Source: Ktedonobacterales bacterium (lineage in GTDB: Bacteria > Chloroflexota > Ktedonobacteria > Ktedonobacterales > JADMIN01). Taken from it: a stretch of DNA of 64,000 bases. The translations under genes and the position numbers were made by a program. The stretch is taken from assembly GCA_035763125.1 (NCBI GenBank), contig DASUBU010000211.1:2134-66133 (forward strand), read 5' to 3'. The first letter of the stretch is position 1. Every line of letters starts with the position of its first letter. The notes beneath the pieces are model-generated. The model had not been told where the DNA came from. It made no database searches and saw only the letters and a program-made list of their open reading frames with translations. Of the stretch, positions 18,018-26,318 are shown piece by piece.

Positions 18018-18091
18018 CGCTCAATCTGCCGTACCTCCTGGCGCTGGCGGCGGTCCTCTGGGTGCTGGGCGCGTGGGTCGCCTCGCTCTGA
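18014..18091 (+). CDS. Possible 25-aa hydrophobic micro-protein
   Basis: MTLNLPYLLALAAVLWVLGAWVASL. Its ATG overlaps the stop of the preceding gene (ATGA). There is no other support. Confidence 0.25.
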   Translation: MTLNLPYLLALAAVLWVLGAWVASL

Positions 18092-18148
18092 CTCGTATGC
18101 TTATGCAAGCCCATGTGGCATGAGACGGTGAGGGGAGGGTGGAAAGCC

Positions 18149-19366
18149 ATGTCCATCCGTCGTGTGCTCGCGCTCTCGATCCGCATCGTGCGGCAGTTCG
18201 CCCGCGACCGGCGCACGCTCGCGCTGCTCTTCGGCGCGCCGCTGCTGGTGATGACGCTGCTGAACTTCGTGCTGAACAACAGCACTGCGAGTCTCACACT
18301 CGGCATCGTGCCGCCAGATGGGCCTGTCGGCCAGGGAGTGACGGGGCAGATCCAGGAGCTGCTCGCCTCCCAATCGGAGCTGACGATCAAGCCCATCGCG
18401 CGCGACGATGTGGACGCGGCCATCAAGCGCGGCGACGCCGACGGCGTGCTGGTCTTCCCGCCGGTGCTCGCGTTCGGCGCGCCGGCTCCGGTGCTGCGCC
18501 TGGACGGCTCGAATCCAGCCGCCGCGCGCCAACTGAGCGGCCTCGTCGCGCAGCTCGTCACCGCGCTCCAGCACCAATATCAGTTCGCACCCAGCGCGCT
18601 TGCCAGCCCCAGTGCGTCTACCTCGTCCGCCGCCGCGAGTGCCCAGGAAACGCAGGCCGCGGTCCAGGCCGCGCCGCGACCCGTGCCGATCACCACGCCG
18701 CCGCCGACGGTGGTGCCGCAGGGCCAGGCGCTGGCGGTCAGCTATCTCTACGGCGGGCCGGAGTACACGCAGACCGACGCGTTCGCGCCGCTGCTGATCG
18801 GCATCTTCGCGTTCTTCTTCGTCTTCCTGCTGACCTCGGTGGCGTTCCTGCGCGAACGCTCGCAGGGGACCATCGAGCGGCTGATGGTCTCGCCGCTGAG
18901 CAAGGCGGAGCTGGTGCTGGGCTACGTGCTGGGCTTCACGCTCTTCGCTCTGCTGCAATCCCTCATCATCCTGCTCTTCGTGGTGGGCGTGCTGCGTGTG
19001 CACTACGCTGGCAACCTGGGGCTGATCTTCCTGGTGACGCTGGTGCTGACGATCGGCGGGGTGAACATGGGTATCTTCGCCTCGGCCTTCGCGCGCAACG
19101 AGCTACAGGTGATCCAGTTCATTCCGCTGCTGCTGGTGCCGCAGATATTGCTGGGCGGGCTGTTCTTCCCGGTGGCGACGCTGCCGGTGGTGCTCAAGCA
19201 GCTCGCCTACGCCTTCCCGCTGACCTACGCCAACTTCGCGCTGAAGGATGTGATGCTCAAAGGAATGGGGCTGTCCGACGTGTGGCCCGATCTGGTCTTC
19301 ATTGCCGGCTTCGCCGTGCTGATGGTGCTGCTGGCCGCGCTCTCGCTGCGCCAGGAGCGCGCATAG
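18149..19366 (+). CDS. ABC-2-type transporter permease
   Basis: An N-terminal TM, then a large extracytoplasmic loop, then 5 to 6 C-terminal TM helices. ATG at 18149 preceded by GAGGGGAGGG. Confidence 0.8.
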   Translation: MSIRRVLALSIRIVRQFARDRRTLALLFGAPLLVMTLLNFVLNNSTASLTLGIVPPDGPVGQGVTGQIQELLASQSELTIKPIARDDVDAAIKRGDADGVLVFPPVLAFGAPAPVLRLDGSNPAAARQLSGLVAQLVTALQHQYQFAPSALASPSASTSSAAASAQETQAAVQAAPRPVPITTPPPTVVPQGQALAVSYLYGGPEYTQTDAFAPLLIGIFAFFFVFLLTSVAFLRERSQGTIERLMVSPLSKAELVLGYVLGFTLFALLQSLIILLFVVGVLRVHYAGNLGLIFLVTLVLTIGGVNMGIFASAFARNELQVIQFIPLLLVPQILLGGLFFPVATLPVVLKQLAYAFPLTYANFALKDVMLKGMGLSDVWPDLVFIAGFAVLMVLLAALSLRQERA

Positions 19367-19377
19367 GGGACCGGCAC

Positions 19378-19508
19378 GTGGGCGTGCGCAGCACGCCCCT
19401 ACGGATGCCAAGGGTAGTGCGCGTGCGACATTCTGTAGGGGCGTCTTGCGGACGCCCTGCCCGCAGCCGCGTATGCTGTCTGTAGGGGCGATGCACGCAT
19501 CGCCCGCT
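19378..19508. repeat. Cluster of three REP-like GC-rich hairpin units (TGTAGGGGCG-stem-loop-CGCCC), one in inverted orientation
   Basis: Unit A, 19378..19402, contains gggcgtgc-gca-gcacgccc followed by ctac. Unit B, 19434..19460, reads tgtaggggcgtc-ttgcg-gacgccc. Unit C, 19481..19508, reads tgtaggggcgatg-cacg-catcgccc. All lie directly 3' of the ABC permease stop. Confidence 0.6.
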
Positions 19509-20295
19509 CGCCCGTCCCTCGCGCGCGACACCTCGCGCGCAGGCGCCTCGCCTCACCGCACCGCCCGAACGGGCACCACCGCCGCCTTGGCGTCGTCGGC
19601 GCCAGCTCGGTAAGCGCACCCGCTGCCACAGCGACTACGTGCGATGCTCGTGGCCCGGGATTCGTTCTCCGGCACTGCAGGCGAGAATCATAGTCCCTTG
19701 TCCGCGGTGCCAGCCACAGCCGCACTTTAGACTGGCGAGGTGCGAGTTGGCCCTCATTTGTGTGGCCGCTCGTGCATACTTGGCATGTGGCGTGCGGAGA
19801 TGCGGCCACTACGCTGTCGCGTCTGCTCCGCAGCACTGCCGCCAGGGACGGGGAGAAGGGCGAGCCAAGGGCTGAGGACCGTGCTTCCGCATTCCCGCTT
19901 GACCGCTGTATCACCAAGATGGAGGATTCAGCGGAGTCCAGTGTCTCTCTCCAAGAAGGGCAGCCGCGGACGCGGCAGCCTCCCTCGTGTGGCTGCAGAC
20001 GCGCGGGGGTGTCAGCCAGATGCCGGGTTGTGGTCGCCGTCTGCCCGCGGCGCCCGCCCGGCGTTTCTGTGCCGGCTGTGTCTGCGCGGTGCTGGTTCCG
20101 CTCGTGTCGTTCCCAGGTGGACGCCGATTGGGCTAGCTCCCCCGTGCCCCGCCGGCGCCCTGTGTGACGATCATGGCCGCACACACGTCGCAGTCCCCAG
20201 GACCGCGTTGACCCTCGCCCCGGCGGGCGCGTACACTGCGAGCGTGCCCGCATGGCCGCTTGAGGGCCGGCACGGCGCCGAGGGAAGGCAGATTC

Positions 20296-23196
20296 ATGGC
20301 AGCCACGACCAACGAGACGACTGTGCGGCGGACGCGCACCCGGCAGCGGACACCTGAGCCCACGCCAGATGCCGCGCCCTCCGTGCCCACACCGGACGCG
20401 AGTGCAGCGCAGACGGCCTCCGCGCTGGTGGATGCGTCCGTGGATCGCCCAGCCCTTCCCGCCGCTCGCGGGCGCGCACTCGCGCCTGCGCACGACTCCG
20501 TTCCTGCTGCCGACCCCGCGGCTCTATCCGCTGCCAGTGGGTCGTCCGCCGAGGTAGCCGTCGAGGTGGCACCCTCGTCGCCGGCTGCCAAACGCGTGCG
20601 CCGCACATCCGGTCCGGCTCGCGCGAGCCATATTCCAGGGCTGGCCGAGCGTGCCCGCCAGGCTTCCGCGCTGCCGCCGCTGCTGCCCCTCTCCGATTCG
20701 CTCGCGCTGGCGCTGCCCGGCATGCGCCACGCTCTGCTCAATCGTCCGTTCGACGACGCCGTACGGATCGTGGCGGAGAGCTTCGCCGTCGCGCTGGCGC
20801 CAGCCGCGATCCAGATCTGGATCGCCGATCCCGCGGCCTGGAGCGCCGAGCAGGATCGCGCCGGCGGTCACGAGCTGAGCCCGCTGCTGCGCACTCGTGC
20901 TGTCGCCGCCGTCCCTGCCCCTGCCCCTGCCCCTGCCCCTGCCCCTGCCCTCGCCGCCGAGATGCCTGAAGCCGAGACCACAGAGCCAGCGCCAGCCGTG
21001 CAGCCCGATGCGCTGATCGCCGAGGTCGCCGCGCACCGCCGGCCGCTGCTGCTCTTCGACGCCGCCGCGCATCCACTGGCGGGCGACTGGCCCGCGCGCA
21101 TCGCGTCCCTCACCAGCGCCCACACGCCCGCCGGCGGCTCTGGTCCCGCGGAAACACCTGCCGCGGGCACGCGCGATACAGGCAGCCCGCTCGACCCGCT
21201 CGGCACGCTCGCCGCCTATCCGCTGCGCGTGCGCGGGCAGTTGCTGGGCGCGCTGGTGGTCGGCAGTGCCGCTCGGCTCGGGCCGCGCCAGCTCCAGTCG
21301 CTCGACGAGATCGCCGATCTCACCGCGCTGGCCGCCGACCGCGATCGCCTGCTCAGCTACTCGCAGAGCCAGGAGGTTGTCGCGCAGACGGTGGTGCGCC
21401 ACGCGCCGGTCGCCATCGCCGCACTCACCGGTCGCGAGCATAGCGTTGCGCTTGCCAACGCCGCCTTCGGCCAGTTGATCGGCCACGACGGCGCATCCCC
21501 AGTTTCCGGCCGCTGTCTGCGCGAGATCGTTCCCCAGCGTGCCGCCGAGCTGGCCGCCAGTCTGCGGCTGGATGCCGTGCTGGAGGGCGGCGAGCCGCAG
21601 GCGATGATCGAGCTGCCGCTGCACTCGCCCGAGCGTGGCCTCAGCTACTGGAACGTCACCAGCTCGCCGCTGCCCGGATCTGGAACGGGCGCCGGTGGCG
21701 TGCTGGTGGCCGCGGTGGATGTCACGCGGCAGGTGCTCGCCCGCCAGCGCGCCCAGGAGGTGGCCGAGGTCGCCCAGGAGCGCATCGGCCAGATGCTCGC
21801 GCTGCACGCCACCTCGCTCGACGTCGCCAGCCAGCTCGGCGCTGATCCCAGCGAGCTGCTGGCCGACATCCTGCGCCGCTCGATCGCCCTGCTCGGCGCG
21901 CGCGCTGGTGCCGTCTACGTGCGCGATCCACGCCATGACGAGCTGGAGGTGATCGTCTGCCAGGGCTTGCGCGGCGATTATGCCGGCAGCCGGATGCGGC
22001 TGGGCGAGGGACTGGCCGGCCGTGTGGCGCAGACCGGCAAGGGCGTGATCGTTGACGACTACCCGACCTCGCCGCTGCGCGACGCGATCTACGAGGGTGA
22101 AGCTTTCCGCTCGGTGATCGCCGTCCCGCTGCGCCATCGCAGCCAGGTGGTCGGCGTGCTGGATGTGCTGGACGATGCCGAGCGCCGCACCTTCACCGAT
22201 GACGATCTGTGGCTGCTAGACCTCTTCGCAGCGCAGGCCGCCCAGGCGATTGAGAACGCCCGCACGTATGTCGAGCTGGAGCGCGCCTACCGCAAGCAGC
22301 GCGAGCTTGACCGCCTGAAGGACGACTTCATCGCCACGGCTTCGCACGAGCTGCGCACTCCGCTGACGGGCATTCAGGGCTTCATTGATCTGCTGCTGGA
22401 TTATCCCGGCTCGCGCGACGATCCCCGCGCGCTCGATTTCCTGCGCCGCGCGGCGGCCTCCACCGAGGAGCTGGCCGAGATTGCCGAGCGACTGCTCCAG
22501 ACGTCGCGGCTCGACTCCGGCCGGCTGGAGCTGCACATCGGGCCGGTGCGACTGGCGCCTGTGGTGGACGAGGTGCTGCGCGCGTACCGCGAGTTGCAGG
22601 CCGCGCAGGGCGGCACGCACGAGCTGGTTGCCGAAGTGCCGCCGCAGCTCTACGTCCGCGCCGATCTCGGCCGGCTCAAAGAAGTGCTCGATAATCTGGT
22701 GGGCAACGCGATCAAGTATAGCCCGCGTGGGGGGGTGGTGCTGGCGCGCTGCGTGCCGGCGCAGTTCGATGCACCCGCCGCCGAGGATGGGCTTGCCGAC
22801 CGGCCAACGCTCGTCCTGCGGCAGGTGTCGGAGGCGCAGTCGGCCGCCGAGCACGACCCGGAGGCGCCGCTACCTGCGGTGGCCGCGGCAGCGGCGGCCG
22901 AGCCATACTACATCATCAGTGTGCGCGACGAAGGAATGGGCATCCCGCCAGGCGAGCGCGAACGGCTCTTCGGGCGCTTCTCGCGCGGCGACTCGGCGCG
23001 CGCGAGCCAGATTCGCGGCACGGGCCTGGGGCTCTACATCTGCCGGCAGATCATGCGCGCGATGGCCGGAGACATCTGGCTGCAGGAGAGCACGCCGGGC
23101 CAGGGCAGCACGTTCGCGCTCGTACTGCCAGCCGGCATCCCAACCGGCGACGGCGCGACGCTGGTCACCGCGCCTGAGGCGGCCCTGGAGCGCTAA
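20296..23196 (+). CDS. Cytoplasmic GAF-domain sensor histidine kinase with a long low-complexity N-terminal region
   Basis: HisKA H-box FIATASHELRTPLTGI, HATPase N-box DNLVGNAIKYSP, and G-boxes GTGLGLYICR and GQGSTF. GAF-like segments are present. ATG at 20296 preceded by GAGGGAAGG. Confidence 0.85.
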   Translation: MAATTNETTVRRTRTRQRTPEPTPDAAPSVPTPDASAAQTASALVDASVDRPALPAARGRALAPAHDSVPAADPAALSAASGSSAEVAVEVAPSSPAAKRVRRTSGPARASHIPGLAERARQASALPPLLPLSDSLALALPGMRHALLNRPFDDAVRIVAESFAVALAPAAIQIWIADPAAWSAEQDRAGGHELSPLLRTRAVAAVPAPAPAPAPAPALAAEMPEAETTEPAPAVQPDALIAEVAAHRRPLLLFDAAAHPLAGDWPARIASLTSAHTPAGGSGPAETPAAGTRDTGSPLDPLGTLAAYPLRVRGQLLGALVVGSAARLGPRQLQSLDEIADLTALAADRDRLLSYSQSQEVVAQTVVRHAPVAIAALTGREHSVALANAAFGQLIGHDGASPVSGRCLREIVPQRAAELAASLRLDAVLEGGEPQAMIELPLHSPERGLSYWNVTSSPLPGSGTGAGGVLVAAVDVTRQVLARQRAQEVAEVAQERIGQMLALHATSLDVASQLGADPSELLADILRRSIALLGARAGAVYVRDPRHDELEVIVCQGLRGDYAGSRMRLGEGLAGRVAQTGKGVIVDDYPTSPLRDAIYEGEAFRSVIAVPLRHRSQVVGVLDVLDDAERRTFTDDDLWLLDLFAAQAAQAIENARTYVELERAYRKQRELDRLKDDFIATASHELRTPLTGIQGFIDLLLDYPGSRDDPRALDFLRRAAASTEELAEIAERLLQTSRLDSGRLELHIGPVRLAPVVDEVLRAYRELQAAQGGTHELVAEVPPQLYVRADLGRLKEVLDNLVGNAIKYSPRGGVVLARCVPAQFDAPAAEDGLADRPTLVLRQVSEAQSAAEHDPEAPLPAVAAAAAAEPYYIISVRDEGMGIPPGERERLFGRFSRGDSARASQIRGTGLGLYICRQIMRAMAGDIWLQESTPGQGSTFALVLPAGIPTGDGATLVTAPEAALER
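20913..20950 (+). repeat. Hexanucleotide microsatellite (CCTGCC)x6 inside the kinase CDS, encoding (PA)6
   Basis: Read directly. The in-frame translation is PAPAPAPAPAPA. Confidence 0.8.
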
Positions 23197-23357
23197 CTAC
23201 CGTGGTGCGGGATAACAGGCGGTGTGCTGCGTGCCCGACGCGGATGTGATACGGTTGATCTCGCATAGCTCAAGTAGCGTACACCTGAGCCAGACGGGGC
23301 AAACACGCCGGTGACGACTGCGATCCCTGCTTCAGAAGCAGCAGACGGGAGGAAATC

Positions 23358-23744
23358 GTGGACGGCGAGAATGCGAATAGGGACAACCTCAATGAGGATG
23401 ATCAGGGAGATCTCCGTCACCCTGATGACGCAATCAAACGCATTGTCGGCCACGAAGTGTCAGCCCTCAACCGTCACCCTGGGACGTACACGCTGAGCGG
23501 TTCATTCGTGTTTGTACCCTTAGTTGGCAAACCTTCCCAGCCCGCTGGGATGCCCATAAGTGGGGACAGCCCCATTGAGGCGCTGGAACTAATGCCTCGG
23601 ACATATAGTTGTCTGACGCGCGCGGGCTTGTGGCGTGTGTCGGACGTAGCATCACTCAGCGACGAACAGTTGCTCGGGATTCGCAACTTTACCGCCGAGT
23701 GTCTGGACGATCTCCGCGAGCGATTGAGCGTCTCTTTTACATAG
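23358..23744 (+). CDS. Stand-alone RNA polymerase alpha-subunit C-terminal-domain (alpha-CTD, HhH)-like protein
   Basis: C-terminus PIEALELMPRTYSCLTRAGLWRVSDVASLSDEQLLGIRNFTAECLDDLRERL, compared with B. subtilis RpoA [25 protein letters not shown]...MMKVRNLGRKSLEEVKAKL. GTG start preceded by GGGAGGA. The gene is visibly AT-richer than its neighbours. Confidence 0.6.
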   Translation: MDGENANRDNLNEDDQGDLRHPDDAIKRIVGHEVSALNRHPGTYTLSGSFVFVPLVGKPSQPAGMPISGDSPIEALELMPRTYSCLTRAGLWRVSDVASLSDEQLLGIRNFTAECLDDLRERLSVSFT

Positions 23745-23817
23745 AACGCCCACCATAGTCACGCCATTTCACTTGGGGGAGCCTGCGCTTGGCCCCATCC
23801 CATCGCCAACACTACAC

Positions 23818-24654
23818 ATGCGCATGAGTTCATCAAACGCTGCATCGGCGCTCGCGCGGCTGCGTGCCCGACTCGCGCACCTCTACGCCCTCGCCGATGA
23901 GACGCTGCCGATTCCCGGCACGTCCCGCCCCTATACCATCACATTGCCCGCCAGCCCCGACGATCCGCTCGACCGTTTTGCCGCTAGTACTCAGCCGCGC
24001 GTTTCGGCGCAGTCCACGCGACGGGCAGAGCCCCGTGAGCTCTCGGCGGTTGCGCTCGCGGCGGGGCAGGCGCGCCTCACCGTCGCGGCGGGCGTTCATA
24101 TGCCGTACTGGGCGCTCCTATGGCCGAGCGGACTGGCGCTGGCGGAAGCGCTGCTGGCAGAATCGGAGGCCGTCCAGGGCCGGCGCGCGCTGGAGCTAGG
24201 CTGCGGGCTGGGTGTGACGGCCACCGCCGCGCTGGCGGCCGGCGCCCGCTTGACTGCCGCGGACTGCTATGCCGAGGCGCTACTCTTCGCCCGCTACAAC
24301 GCGCTGCGCAACGCCGGCCGCGCCCCGCGCACGCTGCTGCTCGACTGGCGCACGGAGGCGGGCCGTGCCGCTTGCCTTGCCGCCGGACCGTTTGATCTGC
24401 TGTTGGCCGCCGACGTGCTCTACGAGATGGAGAATCTCGCGCCACTGCTTGGGCTTGTGCCGCGCTTGCTCGTGCCCGGCGGCGCATGCTGGCTGGCGGA
24501 GCCGGGCCGGCGCGTCTCGCTGGCGTTCGTCGCGGCGGCGCGCGAGGCCGGCTGGCGGGATCATGAGACGATCTTCGATCGCGCCTGGCCGCCAGATGGC
24601 GACGAGGCGCGGGTCGCCGTCCACCGCTTCACGCTGCCGGATTTGTCGGGCTAG
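23818..24654 (+). CDS. Class I SAM-dependent methyltransferase (protein-lysine / Methyltransf_16-like)
   Basis: LWPSGLALAEAL...GRRALELGCGLGVTATAALAAGARLTAADC. Confidence 0.6.
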   Translation: MRMSSSNAASALARLRARLAHLYALADETLPIPGTSRPYTITLPASPDDPLDRFAASTQPRVSAQSTRRAEPRELSAVALAAGQARLTVAAGVHMPYWALLWPSGLALAEALLAESEAVQGRRALELGCGLGVTATAALAAGARLTAADCYAEALLFARYNALRNAGRAPRTLLLDWRTEAGRAACLAAGPFDLLLAADVLYEMENLAPLLGLVPRLLVPGGACWLAEPGRRVSLAFVAAAREAGWRDHETIFDRAWPPDGDEARVAVHRFTLPDLSG

Positions 24655-24660
24655 CCGGCG

Positions 24661-25230
24661 CTACCTGCCGAGCAGGTGCTGCAACCCAAGGGGGCTGAGG
24701 GCAGTGAGCAGCCAGCCTACCACCAGTGAGGCCACGCTGAGCACGCCCGAGAAGATGCGCTGCCGCCGCTCGGCCGCCTGCACCTGCTGGCCAATCAGGC
24801 TATCCACCAGCCGGCCAAAGGCGGGATCGTCGCGCATCCAACTACGCAGTGTCTCCAGCCGGCCGATCTGCATGCTGAGATTGCTCGCGATAACCTCTGG
24901 CGGCGGAGGCGCGGCAGCGGGCGGTGCGGACGGCGGCGCGTAGGGCACGCCACCATAGGAAGCCCCTGGCGCGGGCGCCTGAGCTGGGGCAGGGGGTGGC
25001 GGTGGGTAGGGCGCTGGCTGTGCCTCGGTTGCCGGCGGTGCGCTGCTCGCCACGGGGGATGGCGCCTGCTCTTCCTCGCGCGCCGCGCCGTAGCCCACGC
25101 CTGCCGGTGCGCCGCGTGCCCGCTGGCGGTCCGCCTGCTCACCCGCTTGCTTACTCGCTGCGCGCTCCAGCTCGGCGATTGCCTCGTCCAACGCCGAGGC
25201 CAGCCCCTTCGCATATGTGCCGTCTGCCAT
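24661..25230 (-). CDS. Hypothetical Pro/Ala-rich protein with a C-terminal TM anchor
   Basis: GGGAGGA RBS. A coiled N-terminus, a PAPYPPPPPAPAQAPAP linker and a C-terminal hydrophobic helix. Confidence 0.55.
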   Translation of the reverse strand: MADGTYAKGLASALDEAIAELERAASKQAGEQADRQRARGAPAGVGYGAAREEEQAPSPVASSAPPATEAQPAPYPPPPPAPAQAPAPGASYGGVPYAPPSAPPAAAPPPPEVIASNLSMQIGRLETLRSWMRDDPAFGRLVDSLIGQQVQAAERRQRIFSGVLSVASLVVGWLLTALSPLGLQHLLGR

Positions 25231-25461
25231 CGAACATCCTCCCTTGTGGTGGGGTGCGCTCCCTCAGAGCGCATCATCCGCACCCGCCAGCGCATCCTAC
25301 ACAGCCCATAATGGCCCGTCAACGGTCCGGCACGCTGGCATGGGCGTCGGGCGCGTGGCCCGCGAGATGCATAGTGCTGCGCTGGCAGAGGAGCCGCGCA
25401 CAGCGCCACAGCCGAAGGGCAGCCGGACGCCGATGGCCGCGCGACGAGCAGGGAGGCGCGC

Positions 25462-26172
25462 ATGGACGACGGGCAGCAGCCCTTTGACGACTCAGATCAG
25501 CCGACGGAGCCACAGCCGATCGTGCGGCCGCCGCAGCCGCCACGCCAGCCCCGTCACACACCTGGTCTCGGCGCTTCACGCGGCCGGCCGTCGTCCGCTC
25601 CGCGTGGTCCAGGCAGCCAGGGCGCTGGGCCGTCGCTGCCGTCGCTGCCCCCCCTGCCGCCCACCGCCAGGCGTTGGCAGCCGGAAGGCGGTGTGCGCCC
25701 TGAGTGGCCAACCGAGGGACGAGACACGCGCTCGCGAGCACGATTCGAGCGCGCCATTGCCGCCGCGCGCCAGCGCCAGCTCAGCCTCGGCTGTGGCGCG
25801 CTGGCGACGCTGCTGCTGCTGGGGACGCTGGTGCTCGCCGCGCTCACAGGCAGCTTCTCCGGCCTTGGCGGCTCGCCGCTCGTGCCGCAGCCCAGCATCC
25901 AGGCCGCTCCGCACCCGACCGTGACGCCGCTGCCGACGCCCACCGCCACGCGCACCCCGACCCCGACGCCCACCCCGCCGCCGACTCCCACTCCATCTCC
26001 CAGCCCCACGGCCACGCCTGAGCCAAGCCCGACCGAGAGCCCGGTTCCGACCGACACGCCGGAAGCAACGCCCAGTGATACGCCTGAGCCGTTCCCGACT
26101 GACACGCCTGAACAAATCCCGACCGAGCTACCGGTCCCGACTGAGATGCCGACTCCACCTTCGGGGCCCTAA
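25462..26172 (+). CDS. Hypothetical single-pass membrane protein with an extracytoplasmic Pro/Thr-rich tail
   Basis: GGGAGG RBS. TM segment LGCGALATLLLLGTLVLAAL, followed by TPTPTPTPPPTPTPSPSPTATPEPSPTE... Confidence 0.55.
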   Translation: MDDGQQPFDDSDQPTEPQPIVRPPQPPRQPRHTPGLGASRGRPSSAPRGPGSQGAGPSLPSLPPLPPTARRWQPEGGVRPEWPTEGRDTRSRARFERAIAAARQRQLSLGCGALATLLLLGTLVLAALTGSFSGLGGSPLVPQPSIQAAPHPTVTPLPTPTATRTPTPTPTPPPTPTPSPSPTATPEPSPTESPVPTDTPEATPSDTPEPFPTDTPEQIPTELPVPTEMPTPPSGP

Positions 26173-26318
26173 TGCGCTCCGCATGATGGCCCTTGCCTGC
26201 CCAACGAACAGCCGATATACTGGCCCCGCGAGACGTCCGCTCGGCAGGCGCCGGCTATGTAATGCCACCGCGCCGCACTCGGCCGAATGCTAGGGCGTCT
26301 CGTCGGGGGAGGGTGGGC

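Noticed and set aside
19780-19900. Possible cobalamin riboswitch (a GCCACT-like box and AGGGA-type elements) in the long gap
   Set aside because: Only isolated short matches are present. The ordered B12-box context and the conserved stems could not be reconstructed, and the downstream gene is a kinase, not a B12-related gene.
19399-20493. 364-aa minus-strand ORF spanning the REP cluster and the long gap upstream of the kinase
   Set aside because: The composition is dominated by Arg/Gly/Cys/Pro/His runs. There is no RBS or recognisable motif, and it overlaps the kinase start. This is a typical spurious high-GC ORF.
20524-22137. 537-aa ORF antisense to the GAF histidine kinase
   Set aside because: The plus-strand frame carries clear HisKA/HATPase/GAF motifs. 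The antisense product is Arg/Gly/Ala/His-rich with no motif.
25921-26160. Repetitive ccgac/cccac-type DNA that looked like a tandem repeat array
   Set aside because: It is the in-frame coding sequence of a Pro/Thr-rich linker (TPTPTP...PTDTPE). The periodicity is imperfect, and there is no spacer/repeat structure of the CRISPR type.
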